Assembly (NCBI RefSeq): GCF_000143415.4
Contig: NW_003314321.1
Location: forward strand, 692,236 to 756,235
DNA from: Selaginella moellendorffii
Taxonomy: Eukaryota > Plantae > Lycopodiophyta
Reading direction: 5' to 3'
DNA: 64,000 nucleotides
Part shown: one piece after another, positions 12,488 through 23,689 of the stretch
Layout of the letters: the number at the start of each line of letters is the position of its first letter
Position numbering within the stretch: position 1 is the stretch's first letter
The notes under the pieces: generated by a model
What the model was told of the DNA's origin: nothing
Databases searched by the model: none
Seen by the model: the letters and a program-made list of their open reading frames with translations, nothing else
Translations under genes and position numbers: made by a program

Positions 12488-13208
12488 CTAATGATTTTTT
12501 TCTTTTTTTTAACATCGTGTAAAAAAACTCCAAAGTATATTCAAGCATATTTCAAGTTAATAACACTAATTTAAATTCAATAAAATAATTTATTTTTAAT
12601 ATTTTTTATCTATTATTTAAACATCTAAAATATATAATACTATGTCAGTAAAAGATTATTTATATAAATGCATATGGGTTTTTTAATTATTTTATTTTAG
12701 GTTAGTCAATACCGTTCTTGTATATTCCAAATGATTTAATCATTCTGAAAACAGAGGAAAATCTTTCCACAAACCTTAAGAATGACCCACCAATTTAGTT
12801 AAAGATAAAAGCTTGAAAGTGAACAAAACAGTAAAGGAATTAAAGTTTACCATCAACAAAGTGTGATTGGAAAGATTATGTCGGTATGCACTATCACACA
12901 TAGTAATGAAAATTTTAAGAGCTATTATAAACTTTTCTTGTGATGACTTCAACTGTTAAAATCAGGAAATAAGAAATTAAAGCTAAAAGTTATGTGTACC
13001 ACTAAATTAAACACTATGTTCCTACTTTTTTAATGAATTTTTTTTTTGTTTTTTAACATTGTATTCCATATATAAAAAAACTCTGAAGTATATTCAAGGA
13101 TATTTCAAGTTAATAACACTAATATAAATTCAATAAAATAATTTATTTTTAATATTTTTTACCTATTATTTAAACATCTAAAATATATAATATTATGTCA
13201 GTAAAAGA
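12488..13208. repeat. AT-rich direct repeats of about 170 bp (12488-12655 and about 13031-13208) flanking about 380 bp; probable TE remnant
   Basis: Both copies share aagtatattcaag.atatttcaagttaataacactaat...tatgtcagtaaaaga. Confidence 0.7.
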
Positions 13209-14692
13209 CAGGGCACGAACTCTTCAGCGTGCTCTAGCACTTATTTAAGATCGGCAGCAACTGTTTCCCTGTATTTGATGAGCCATATGCATATCTAGAA
13301 GCCAGCATAGCATAGAACTCCTCTGGTGTTGGAACATTACGCCAGTGAAAACACAGACTGCTGTAGATGTTGGCCAATGATGCAAAGGGGCGCCTGGACA
13401 GTGCCAATGAGCTTTAGAAGATCAGGTTGTGTCGCCATCTCTGTTCCTAGCATCATGGCATCTGAAGCCAACCAGGGGGTATCTGCAAACTACTCTATGA
13501 GAACAAACAAAGGCAACTTCAATGCAAGTCATTACCAACATGTTCAGAGCAGGGTACATGGAGGGAGTTTCCGGACATGGGGGTTTGTAATCCCCCATGT
13601 TTGGTCCAAGAAAAACTAAACGCTACCCAATGAAGTTGCCTGTCATAACCAATGTTTACAGTTTCAGACTGGTAGAATGAGGCCGTCCAATTGGGTTTTT
13701 TGGGGGGAAATCTCGGAGGCGGTGTCCGCCATGCGTCCAAGGGGTATCTAGTGCGACCAAGCGGTAGCTAGCTTGGATGCGATAGAATGTGGTAGAATGC
13801 TAATCGTTGCGTTGGAAATTCGAAATATTCCAGGCACTGTTGCAGCAGTGCGTGGTGATCTTCCGCTGTCGCTGTGCGTGCATCCAAGCGGTAACTAGCT
13901 TGAATGCATTAGAATGCTTGTAGATCGATTGCGCCATCTTGCAAATTTCCATGCAGAGATCGAAATATTCCAGGCGCGGTCGAGGCAGCGCTCCCGGGCG
14001 GGCATCCAATCTACGGTAATGAAGAAGAAATTCAATCGCTTGATCGCTCGTGCTTCCAGGTACACCAGAGATGTCCAACATAGCTTTAGTTAAGTGAGAG
14101 CGTGTAACAGAGAGTAACGGAGAGAAAGGGAACCAGTGCTACACAATGGAACATGAGCATGATCCAAGAACAGACACACACACAGACATGATCTAGTTCG
14201 TGCTCGTCGTGCTGCCTTGCTGCTGCTCTAGGCACTGGTGCCACTCTCGGCACTTGTCGAGCTCCTCCTCCACGCGCTTCCTGATCCTCTGGATTCCTTC
14301 CGGGGTATGCTCGTCGGGGCCTCTCTCGTCGATGTTGGTCGGACGCTCTAGGGAGCGACGGGCTCATACTTGTTATTGCCCACCACGGCCGCCACTGCAT
14401 CCTCGTAGCTCCACCCAGTGATCATCCCATTTGCTATTCGATGCTCACTTTCTTCTCCATGGCTGCGTACCCTTTTAAATACAACGGGCAGGACCTTTTC
14501 ATTTAAGGAACATGCTTTTAGAGCAAAATATTTTTGAAGAAGGGAGCCCATATTAGCATATTCTAAGTATAAGGTCTGTATGAACAGACTGACAAGTATG
14601 AGCCGCTCCAATCATAATTAGAACCGGAGATTTCGTGGTCTAGCACTAGTAAACCCGAATTCAAATCTCGGCAAAACCTTCAGAAAAAACTC

Positions 14693-16483
14693 CTACAAAC
14701 TAGAATTGGCAAATTGATACACGCTGGAAAGGATCACGTAATTTGCTGACGACTTCTCTTGAGCTGCGGATCTAATGGCGCTCTCTCCAGCTGCCTTTGC
14801 GAGCCCCTCATCTCTGTGTAGCTTGCAGCCACCCAGCAGAATTCTGCACGTCACGCTGTCGGGCTTGAAAGGCATGTCCTCGGCCACTTCTTTGGCTTCC
14901 TCGAGCCTGCCATTCCTCGCCAATGAATCCATCATCACTCCGAAATGCTCCCTCGTTGGTTTCATCATATGGTCCTGCAGCATCGACACGAAATTGTCCC
15001 GACTCTCCTCTAGCAACCCAGCTTGACTACACGCCGTGAAGAGATTCAGAAACGATGCCTCGTCTGGCTTCGCACCATGGCAAACCATCTCTCGGAATAT
15101 CTCTATGGCTTCCAAACCCTGTCCATTCTGGACATAAGCTCCAAGCATTGCATTCCAACAGTAGCCATCGATCTCACCTCTTGCGAGGTTGTCATCAAAG
15201 ATCTTCTTTGCATTCTCCGTCTGGCCGTGCTTGGACCAGGCAGCTATGAGAACCCAGCACCCTGACAGAAACTTTGGCATGCTCGCAACAAGCTTTTCCA
15301 AACAATCGACGGTATCGCCAATCCTAAAACTCGCTGCCAGCATGGTGTTCCAAGACACTTCATCGTGCTCGGGCATCTCGCCAAAAGCTCTCCGTGCCTC
15401 CTCCAGCTTCTCGTTCCGCTCGTATGACACGATCATCAGGCTCCACGAGTGTAGATCCCGCAATGGCATTCGTTGGAACGTGTCTTCAGCGTCACGAAGA
15501 TGCCCGAAACGGGCATAACCATGAATCAAGGCCGTCCAGGCTACGCAGCTCCTGCAAACTAAGCGGTCAAACATTGACTTTGTGTCAACCGGTTGACCCG
15601 ACTGCGCCGTAGCGACGATGACAGCAGTGAGTGCAAATCCGTCGTGAGATGGCATCAAGTCAAATGTCTTCTTCGCATATAAAAGGTGCCCTTTGAAGGC
15701 ATATGCTGCAATGACCGTGGTGAAGAAACGAAGATCTCTCATGGGCGCTTCATCAAATAGAGCTTTTACCTGGTCAATATCTCCGCTCTTTTCAAATGCC
15801 TGGAGAATTGAAGTCCAGGAGATCTCGTTTGTTCTTGGCATCTTGTCAAAGAGGCATTTAGCTCTACACAGATACCGAGCTTGGGTATAACAAGAAAGCA
15901 TTGAGTTCCAGCTGATGATATTTCTCTCTGGCATTTTCTCAAAGATTTTCTCAGCTTCGCACAGTTGGCCACCCGAACCCATTGCTGCAATCATTGAGTT
16001 GTACGCAATGGTGTCGTGCATGGGCATTTTCTGGCAAAACTCGCAGTGATAATCGATTCCTGAGGCCGACGCCATTGCTGTCCAGCTTACAACATTCCTC
16101 CTGGGCATCCTATCAAACATTTGTTTCGACTTTTCGAATTCCCCGTTTTGAACAAGAGCTGCCGTGATCAAGTTCCAGGCGACAATGTTCCATTCGGGCA
16201 TTCTTTCGAACACAAGAGTTGCCAGAAAGATCTCGTTCATGTTTGAAAGAGCTTGTGCCATTGCTGTCCAAGAGATGACATCCCGCGATGCCATGCTCTC
16301 AAAGAACTCTTTGCTTTTGACAAAATCCCCCGTCTGGGCAATTGCGGAAAGAAGCAAATTACACAAGGCTGTGTCATGCCTGGGCATGAGATTGAAAAGA
16401 GAGATTGCTCGATCAGTTTGATTACTGCGGCAGTATGTTCCAAGCATGACACTCCACGAGAGAAGACTGCTTCTGTGTGTCAT
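14693..16483 (-). CDS. PLS-class PPR protein (SS-rich, truncated E domain, no DYW)
   Basis: 596-aa intronless ORF with tandem 31-aa motifs (F..MP.RN.VSW) and the P2-L2-S2-E end (ACSQAGLLEE...HFGVMMDSLARNGRLEEA...MPFKPD). Confidence 0.9.
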   Translation of the reverse strand: MTHRSSLLSWSVMLGTYCRSNQTDRAISLFNLMPRHDTALCNLLLSAIAQTGDFVKSKEFFESMASRDVISWTAMAQALSNMNEIFLATLVFERMPEWNIVAWNLITAALVQNGEFEKSKQMFDRMPRRNVVSWTAMASASGIDYHCEFCQKMPMHDTIAYNSMIAAMGSGGQLCEAEKIFEKMPERNIISWNSMLSCYTQARYLCRAKCLFDKMPRTNEISWTSILQAFEKSGDIDQVKALFDEAPMRDLRFFTTVIAAYAFKGHLLYAKKTFDLMPSHDGFALTAVIVATAQSGQPVDTKSMFDRLVCRSCVAWTALIHGYARFGHLRDAEDTFQRMPLRDLHSWSLMIVSYERNEKLEEARRAFGEMPEHDEVSWNTMLAASFRIGDTVDCLEKLVASMPKFLSGCWVLIAAWSKHGQTENAKKIFDDNLARGEIDGYCWNAMLGAYVQNGQGLEAIEIFREMVCHGAKPDEASFLNLFTACSQAGLLEESRDNFVSMLQDHMMKPTREHFGVMMDSLARNGRLEEAKEVAEDMPFKPDSVTCRILLGGCKLHRDEGLAKAAGESAIRSAAQEKSSANYVILSSVYQFANSSL

Positions 16484-16621
16484 ATCAACATTGAAAAGGA
16501 ATCTTGTGTTTAGTTATCACTATAACTTGAATGCTAATATTTGCAAATGGTGCTCTTCTTCAATTTGGTTGGATCTTTCAAGAAGTGGGAGGTCTTCAAT
16601 TTAATGCATGTGTTATACCTT

Positions 16622-17427
16622 CTAAGTTCTTCTGTAGGACAGCTTTTCGGACTGATAATTCAATAATCACCAATGAGCAATTGAGAAAACTAAAGAGTGA
16701 GAAAAAAAAAAAGTTTACTTTTATCAGCATATCAGTTGGAAGCCAAGCAGGAGAAGTTGGTATTCCAGCCCAAGCAATCTGAATGCCAAAAAGAAACATC
16801 ACTGGCATCAGTATTAATTCGTTGGAAAAAAACCATACTTACCAGTGCATATTCACCAGTTTCGAACTGTCTTATGTCCAAAATCTGAAAGCAAAGAGAG
16901 CTTGAAGTATTTTCAAGTAGTTTCAAATGCCCGAGCGCTCACCTCTCCCCTATCCTCGTAGATGTAATCCAGGCCTTTGTAGTACGTGGGGTGCCCGACT
17001 GATAGATACTATAACACAAAGATAGCTCAAAACCAAGAAAATAATAGCTAATGGATACATACATTTATGCTGTTGAGATACTTCTCCTTGTCGACTCTCA
17101 CGATTTGGCCTTTTTTCACTAGTAATAATCCAAGGAAACCATGAGCGAATTCGTCAAGAATTCTAGACGAGGACTTAACTGGAAGGCTTCGGCGGGGTAG
17201 CAGCAGCTGGTGGCGATGAGGTCTCATCGCTCTTTGTCGAATTCGCACCACCATCATCGGTTGCTGCTGCCACAACCAAGCAAACTCTCTGCAAGGAAAA
17301 GAGAACGAGTAAAACAAGTATTCCAGATCCAGAGTACCTGCTTGGAAGGAGCTACTGGAAACGAGAACGTGAATCCAGTGTCTGCTACTCGTCTAGTTCC
17401 TGCAAAACAAGCACACATTGTTGCCAT
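16622..17427 (-). CDS. ndhO: Chloroplast NDH complex subunit O (multi-exon)
   Basis: Exons KKGQIVRVDKEKYLNSIN / YLSVGHPTYYKGLDYIYEDRGE / ILDIRQFETGEYAL / IAWAGIPTSPAWLPTDMLIK / SEKLSYRRT*. Transit-peptide-like N-terminus; the start codon is inferred. Confidence 0.92.
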
Positions 17428-17550
17428 GCCTTTCTTATCCGCACACCACCGCATATTCTTCGTCAAGTCTGATTGTTATTGCTAAGCTCAAAACAGTTAT
17501 CCTCCTGTACACCTCTTTGATAGAAGAATACGCACCTCCTGGCTCGGCTC

Positions 17551-20500
17551 CTATCCCTTGATTGTGGGATAAATGGAACCATTTCCCAGGTTGCTACTTG
17601 GCAATCCACTGGAATCCAAAGAAGATGACTTCCTTGGTTTGCTAGCCTTGGGTGATCCCATGCTGTAAAACTCAGTGCTTACCGCGGGCACTCCTCCTAG
17701 TCTCGAAGGCAAACCGGTGGCGTCACTGGCAGATAAAGTTGCCCGACTGGGAAATTCATACTCTAGAGGAAGTTCCTCGATCGTCTGAAACACAAGTATT
17801 GATCAGTGAAGAGCGTTAAGACATTTTTTGTTCTTTACCCATGCAGCTTGCTGGAGAACTTTCAGGACCTCCTTGCAGCGCTTTCGCTTTATCGCTATCT
17901 CCTCCCTTTCTTGTAGAAGCTCTTCAAACATCGCCTCCCTGATAGAAATGTGAATAAACTTGACCAACAGTTCGTTTCTTATACCTGTACAGCTTTCTTA
18001 TGAAGACATTGTGGAGCTCACGTTTGGCGTGGTTAACCTGTAACAGAAAACCTTAGGTACCACTTGCAATGGTAAGGTGACAGCATACGCACCAAGAAGT
18101 GCATGATCGCCTTTGGCACGGAATCTTGTATGTTCTTTCTCACAATGTCGTAGTAGGACTTGAGTAGTAAACGCGTCACAACTATTTCAGTTGATTCCTG
18201 CTCTGTTTGCGCATCACTAGCTCTCAACACCAGCGGTGGCTGTGAAGACACACGATCAGGCATGGCCAGAGCTCAGAGATAGCAATGACTCACCTCTCTC
18301 AGCCGAATGCTGGTGTAAGTAGGCTCCGGGCTTTGGATCGGCTCATTGAACACTCGGGTGACATTCGCGTCTTTGCCATTAGGACGCGAATCGCCAAAAA
18401 TTGAGGATATACCCCAGCTTGTACCACTCGGAATACCTGTTTCTTCTAACAGAGACAATTCAATTTTTGTTTCTGATAGATAAACCTTGACTCACCCGTA
18501 TGATGTGGCTTCTCGTGCTGATTAGCTGGTTTAGAAACCTGCGCATATGCACATGTTAGCCCTCAAACGAAAATGCTGTTAGAGCATACATGATCCAAAA
18601 GAGAAGATTGATTGTTTCTTGCCAGGATTGCTCGAGCCCTGCCGCCTTTGTCCCCCTTCTCCGCCAGCTCAACCACGACGTCCTACAGAAGGATCAGACA
18701 TCTCTTCTGGACACAGATTATTAAAAGTACCTTGGATTTGATATTGGAAGCCGTTAACACAGATCCACGTTGTTGCTGCAACGCGAGTTCTACGGCCTTG
18801 CTTCCTCCAATGAATCCCGGGTGCGAAGTATTGATGTAATCCATCTGTTTTACACATGCGGTTGAATTCAGAAATAAAAAACAAAGAGAGACAGAATTGT
18901 ACCTCCATTTCAATTAGATGACCAATCATAGTCTCGGCAGGAGAAAGTCCCTCCCGCAAAAAGCTTGCAATAACCTCTTCAATATTGCGTCTTAGAACGG
19001 GAAAGCGTTGCAGCTCCGAACTTTCACAGCGATGAGATATCTATATTCCAACAGCATCATGTAAAACAGATAAATCTGATCCAGCCATACCTTAACAAGC
19101 TCGTCGTAGATAAATCTGGCACACTGCAAACTTGGTTCTAGCAAGCGAGCTATCTGCCGACGAACGAGTACCTCAAAAGGAACCTGGAAGAAACTCCGAA
19201 TGACAACGAAAAACAAGATACTGAATAGTGTACCTCGGGCACAAACAGAACATTTTTTGGACCAGTGGCATTTTGAATGGCTGTTCGTATATCTTCATCA
19301 GTCAGATCATCACATGGATCAACCTCCTGTAGAAAAATGTTAGAAGGACGTATAACAAAACTAAAAAACGCACGTCTAAGCTTTTGACGAAAATTGATTG
19401 GAATATGTAGTGAATACGAGCTCCTCCAGATAGTTCAACAGTTGACATCTCTTCGTTTTTGCCATCCACAACTGATGAAAAACCTGAAATGCAGGAAAAA
19501 GAATTAAAATGCAGATTACTTTTTCAGTCTAACGTACTTTGAGAATACTTCGTGATGATACCCAACAACAGCATCCCCTGGCCATTCTGCATGATAATTA
19601 ATACCAATGACTATACACGCAACCATCAAACCTTCGATTCGGTCAGCTCCCCGTACGTTGCAAGTTCTTTTTGAAGTGTAACCATCTGTGTGTTTATTCG
19701 AGCCTTGAGATCGGGTAGAATGGTTCGGATGTGTTGAACTAGAATCTGTCAATCATTCCCGTCAGTCCTAATCTGTAAGGCATTTCAGGATACCTGATTA
19801 AGTTTCTTTGCTAGTTGTGGAATCCCGCAACGATCCGAGAGGCTATGATATACCTAAACATAACGCTTAGCTTGCGAAACAGATGAACGAGATATTCATA
19901 CCGGTCGGCTGCGAAAGAACTGCTCTTCGTACATAAGCGCGTCCTGTATGCTTCTATTGGACGTGATATCCTGCAAAATTGAAGAAGACCAATGACGCTC
20001 CTTGACAAACCCAGAAAGCATGCCCTACCTCTTGACTACGATTAACGACACCAATGTAACCAAGGCGTAAGGGAATAACACTCCCAAGAAGGAAGTTGCG
20101 AGCATCAGTGCCTCTGTCCATGATATCAAGCTGACAGCAAGAACTACTGTTAAACTCCAATAACTTGTTTTGACTTTAAAAGAAATTCACCTTAGTGATG
20201 ACTCCAATGGTCCGAGAGCCTATCGTGTCGCAAAAAGAAGAAAGCTTAGGATCGATTTCTTAATTAGAAGGGAATGTGCTTACCATCGGGATCCGCAATG
20301 CGTGCCATTTGGAGGGCATCTGAATTGGCCAGGTCGGCATTGGCAGGAGAAACCGCTAGAATTATGCACGTCTCATGCTTGATGTAAGACAGGATCATGG
20401 TTCTTATTCGAGCTTCAATGTCCGTGGGTTGATCTCCGACAGGGACTTTGGTGATGCCGGGCAGATCGACCAAAGTGATATTGAGAACCTTTGGCGAGAA

Positions 20501-20990
20501 AATTTTCAGCCTTATCTGCTTATCTGAGATTCCCTTGTTGGATCCCAGCTCCCGATCAGTCTCAGCCTACACAAGACAAACGTTTAGATTCTCCGACTCA
20601 TCTAGAAAGAAAAAATACCTGGATTTCCTTCCGGATTGCGGAAAAATCCGTGAAGCGCCTGTTTGGCAGATGAAGGAATTCTCCCCATTCCACAACCTCA
20701 TCGCCACGCCTGGTGGTCTGGACGAGCTGCAACACCAGCGGGCGGCGAGTGCAAATATCACAGCCCCGGGGCAAGAAATCCCGACCGACAAGAGCCTCGA
20801 GAACGCTGGATTTGCCGCTGCTCTGGCTCCCAACCACGGCTACCTGAGGAAGATCGATTGTCGATGCGCTACCTAATTGCGAGAAAATATCCTGGAGCTT
20901 GTTCACGAGTGGAATGACATTCTGGCCCAGCGGAGGCGACGCCGCAGCGGTCGATGGAGACGGTGGCGTGCTCGTCACTCCCTGATCCAT
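17551..20990 (-). CDS. DRP3: Dynamin-related protein 3 (mitochondrial/peroxisomal fission; multi-exon)
   Basis: [30 protein letters not shown] and TKLD GTPase motifs. Middle domain. [30 protein letters not shown]. Confidence 0.93.
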
Positions 20991-21314
20991 ATCTCGCTCA
21001 ATGCTATCTAGAATCGAAAAGAATGCCCCGAATGCCCTGAATCGATCGCCGGCAGGAGCGCGAGCTACAGACTAGGCCAGCGCTTCCATCGTCGCGCGAT
21101 GGATTCCTGCCAGCGCCACGAGCCCTAAAACTAAAACCCTCGTTTCTCCTCTCGACCGTTGGATGGCTACAAAGAAAAGTCCCACGCCGTCACGAATTCT
21201 ACCGAGTTGTAAACTTGCTGGCAAAGAAAATGCCACGCGTGCTTGACGTGGCGCGTGACCTGGTGTGATTACTTGTAACAGCCCTAACCCTAACAGTGGA
21301 ATGAGGACGATAGA

Positions 21315-21844
21315 ATGGAGAAAGTGCTGGAGAAGCTTGCGGTGCTCCACGAAGGAGAGGATAAACACACTCGGGTATGGAAGCTCAAATTCCTTGCCCT
21401 CCACAAACTCCACATTTCTTTTTCTTTTAGGTGGTAGTGCAAAGCAAGCTGCCTTACATACCAAAGAAATCCTTTCTTCCTGGCAAAGTGAAAGAGGTGA
21501 TCAACGAAGTGTTGCGGGAGAAGCTCACAGGAGTCCAGTACGATGGAGAGCAAGCTCCATACTTGGTTCGCGAGATTGCCGACGAAGTCAAGAATCGCTG
21601 CAAAGGTAAGTTCCAAGATCATACTTGCGCCTTTGATCCACCAGAATGTGGTGTTCTTCCAGAGCTTCACTTCGAGAGATATAAGATCGTGGTACAAGCA
21701 GTCATTGGCGAGACGCGAGGCCAGGGACTGCAAATGGCGGCCAGATGTTTCTGGGACAAAGATACGGATGACTACACGAGGGATACCTTCCAAAACGATA
21801 ACATGTTTGGGATCGCCGCGGTGTTTGGATTGTACATGTATTGA
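21315..21844 (+). CDS. Tctex1-domain dynein light chain (TCTEX1D2/Tctex2b-like); 3 exons
   Basis: RYKIVVQAVIGETRGQGLQMAARCFWDKDTDDY...FGLYMY. Exon 1 (21315-21374) splices in phase to 21431. A second intron lies at about 21606-21662. Confidence 0.88.
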
Positions 21845-22028
21845 TTGAGATTCATCGGTGCTACTCCTGTGACCAGACAAAAAACCATCGATCGAGAACT
21901 TTGTCAAGGGCTGGTTTTGCTTACCTGACGCTAGAAAATTGTCTAAGTCGATTGAGCTCAAGCCCTGGCAGTATCACCCATCACCCTGTTGTTTTGTAAC
22001 TTGGTGACTACATGAACGAAAACTTGGC

Positions 22029-23642
22029 TTACATTGGTGAGATTGTCTCTTGCTGAGGAGTCCGCTTGGATTTGTGCTTACCCTTGCGGTCTCGTTTCTT
22101 ACTCCTAAGCCAGGTGGAGAAATTAGAGAGAATGCATAAAAGACGAGGGGAGAAAGACTTACTCGTCTTGTAGTCCTGGATTTCTACAAAACTTTAGCTT
22201 CCTGTCGATGCGTCTTACTTCCTCTTCGATAGGTGTTCTTGCAGCATCAACCTACGTGCTTATGATGAAATCTCCCAAAAGAATTTGAGAAAGGCGTACC
22301 AGTGCAGCTATCTGGTTAAGCATTCCGACGAGCTCCGAGTACGAGTGTTTCTGCTGTTGCCGTTCGCATACCCCTCGCAGGTACCTGAGACAAAGGCCTC
22401 AAGCATAAAAACACCTCAAACTAAAAAGTCTTACTTTTCCATGTCTATTGCTCTTTCCTGAACATTTGCGCTTCGCAGAGCTGCCAAGGCTAGCTTCACA
22501 GAGAAAACAACAAATGAGATGGCACTTCATTAAAGATGCTTCCCAAGTACCTGTCCAGGAGGAAAGAGGAGCGGGCAGTCCGTCAGAAGCATTGCGTCCA
22601 CCTTTCGAATCGCTTCACTTTGGAGGTCCTACATAATAATCTAAGTCAGAAATGGCAAGGGAAAATAATCCAGCAGGTACCAGTATTTTCTGAGAGACAT
22701 TCTCATCCTTCGCAGCGTCCGCCCATTTCTGCGAGCTTAGCCTTTAAGAACGGAGCGAACAATAACTGGATCTTCGTGCTTGCCTGAATGTCCAAAACAA
22801 AGCCGTCCAAGGATCGATAGGGAGCATATACAATCAAGTCGAAATTGAGACCCTGAAGTTAAAACAAGGAATTAGCCTGCCGTGAATGATGCGGTCTGAA
22901 GAACCTGTAACAGCGTTAATTCGTTTTTTAGGATGACTTGGTGATCTTGTTGGATTCCCTTACCAAGCTCCTCGGCTGAGACGTGAAACTCTTCAACTTT
23001 ACACGATATGTAAATGCATGTGAGCCTGAAAAATAAACGAAGTATAAGCAGCATTTTCACACCAGCAAGGTGGTCTTACATTATATGCTTTGGATCGTGC
23101 TCCATCACAGACCAAGAGAGGTAAAAGCGCTTGAAATAGAGCACAGCAGTGGCCTGGACACAAACACGTAGATTTTGTATCAAACAAGAAGTACTGCTAG
23201 ACGAACCTGGATTTTATTTGGAAAGGAGAAAGCTCCGCAAACTTGCTGTATTTTGTGCTCGTAGTACCTTCGAATGAACAGCTCTTCCTCAATCTTCAAA
23301 GGCTCGGGAAGTTTACTTGGAGCGCCTGAAAAGAAGCAATCGTTTCTAAAATCTAAAAGGAGTGAAGATACCATTCTCTGATCCAGGATACGCCAATGAT
23401 CCATCCGGTTGGATTTCAACGCGAGTAGCGCCGTGCTGGAACGAAATCTCACTCATAAGCAGGAGTTACTGAAAGAATCTTACTTGCTGAAGCGCTTGGA
23501 CAGCTCTTGCATTGGCCGCGGACGCTTTCTCCACCTAAACAAGAGAGATTTCGCTCGAAGATCCACGGGAACACTCGCTTACCAGGTCCTGCACTGTGAA
23601 GATCCACCGATCGCGATGCGTCGAGGTGAGGAAATCCGCCAT
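22029..23642 (-). CDS. CYCH;1: Cyclin H (CAK/TFIIH; multi-exon)
   Basis: [15 protein letters not shown]; cyclin box [37 protein letters not shown]; basic C-terminus. Confidence 0.92.
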
Positions 23643-23689
23643 GACACGAAGAACTCAAAAGCCCTAAACCTAAAATACAATGCCAGTGT

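Noticed and set aside
14200-14611. Kinase fragment (LYLEYANMGSL)
   Set aside because: A single short motif with an internal stop and no other kinase subdomains.
21290-21961. 223-aa antisense ORF, and similar long antisense ORFs over the PPR and CesA genes
   Set aside because: Shadow ORFs opposite well-supported genes, with no motifs.
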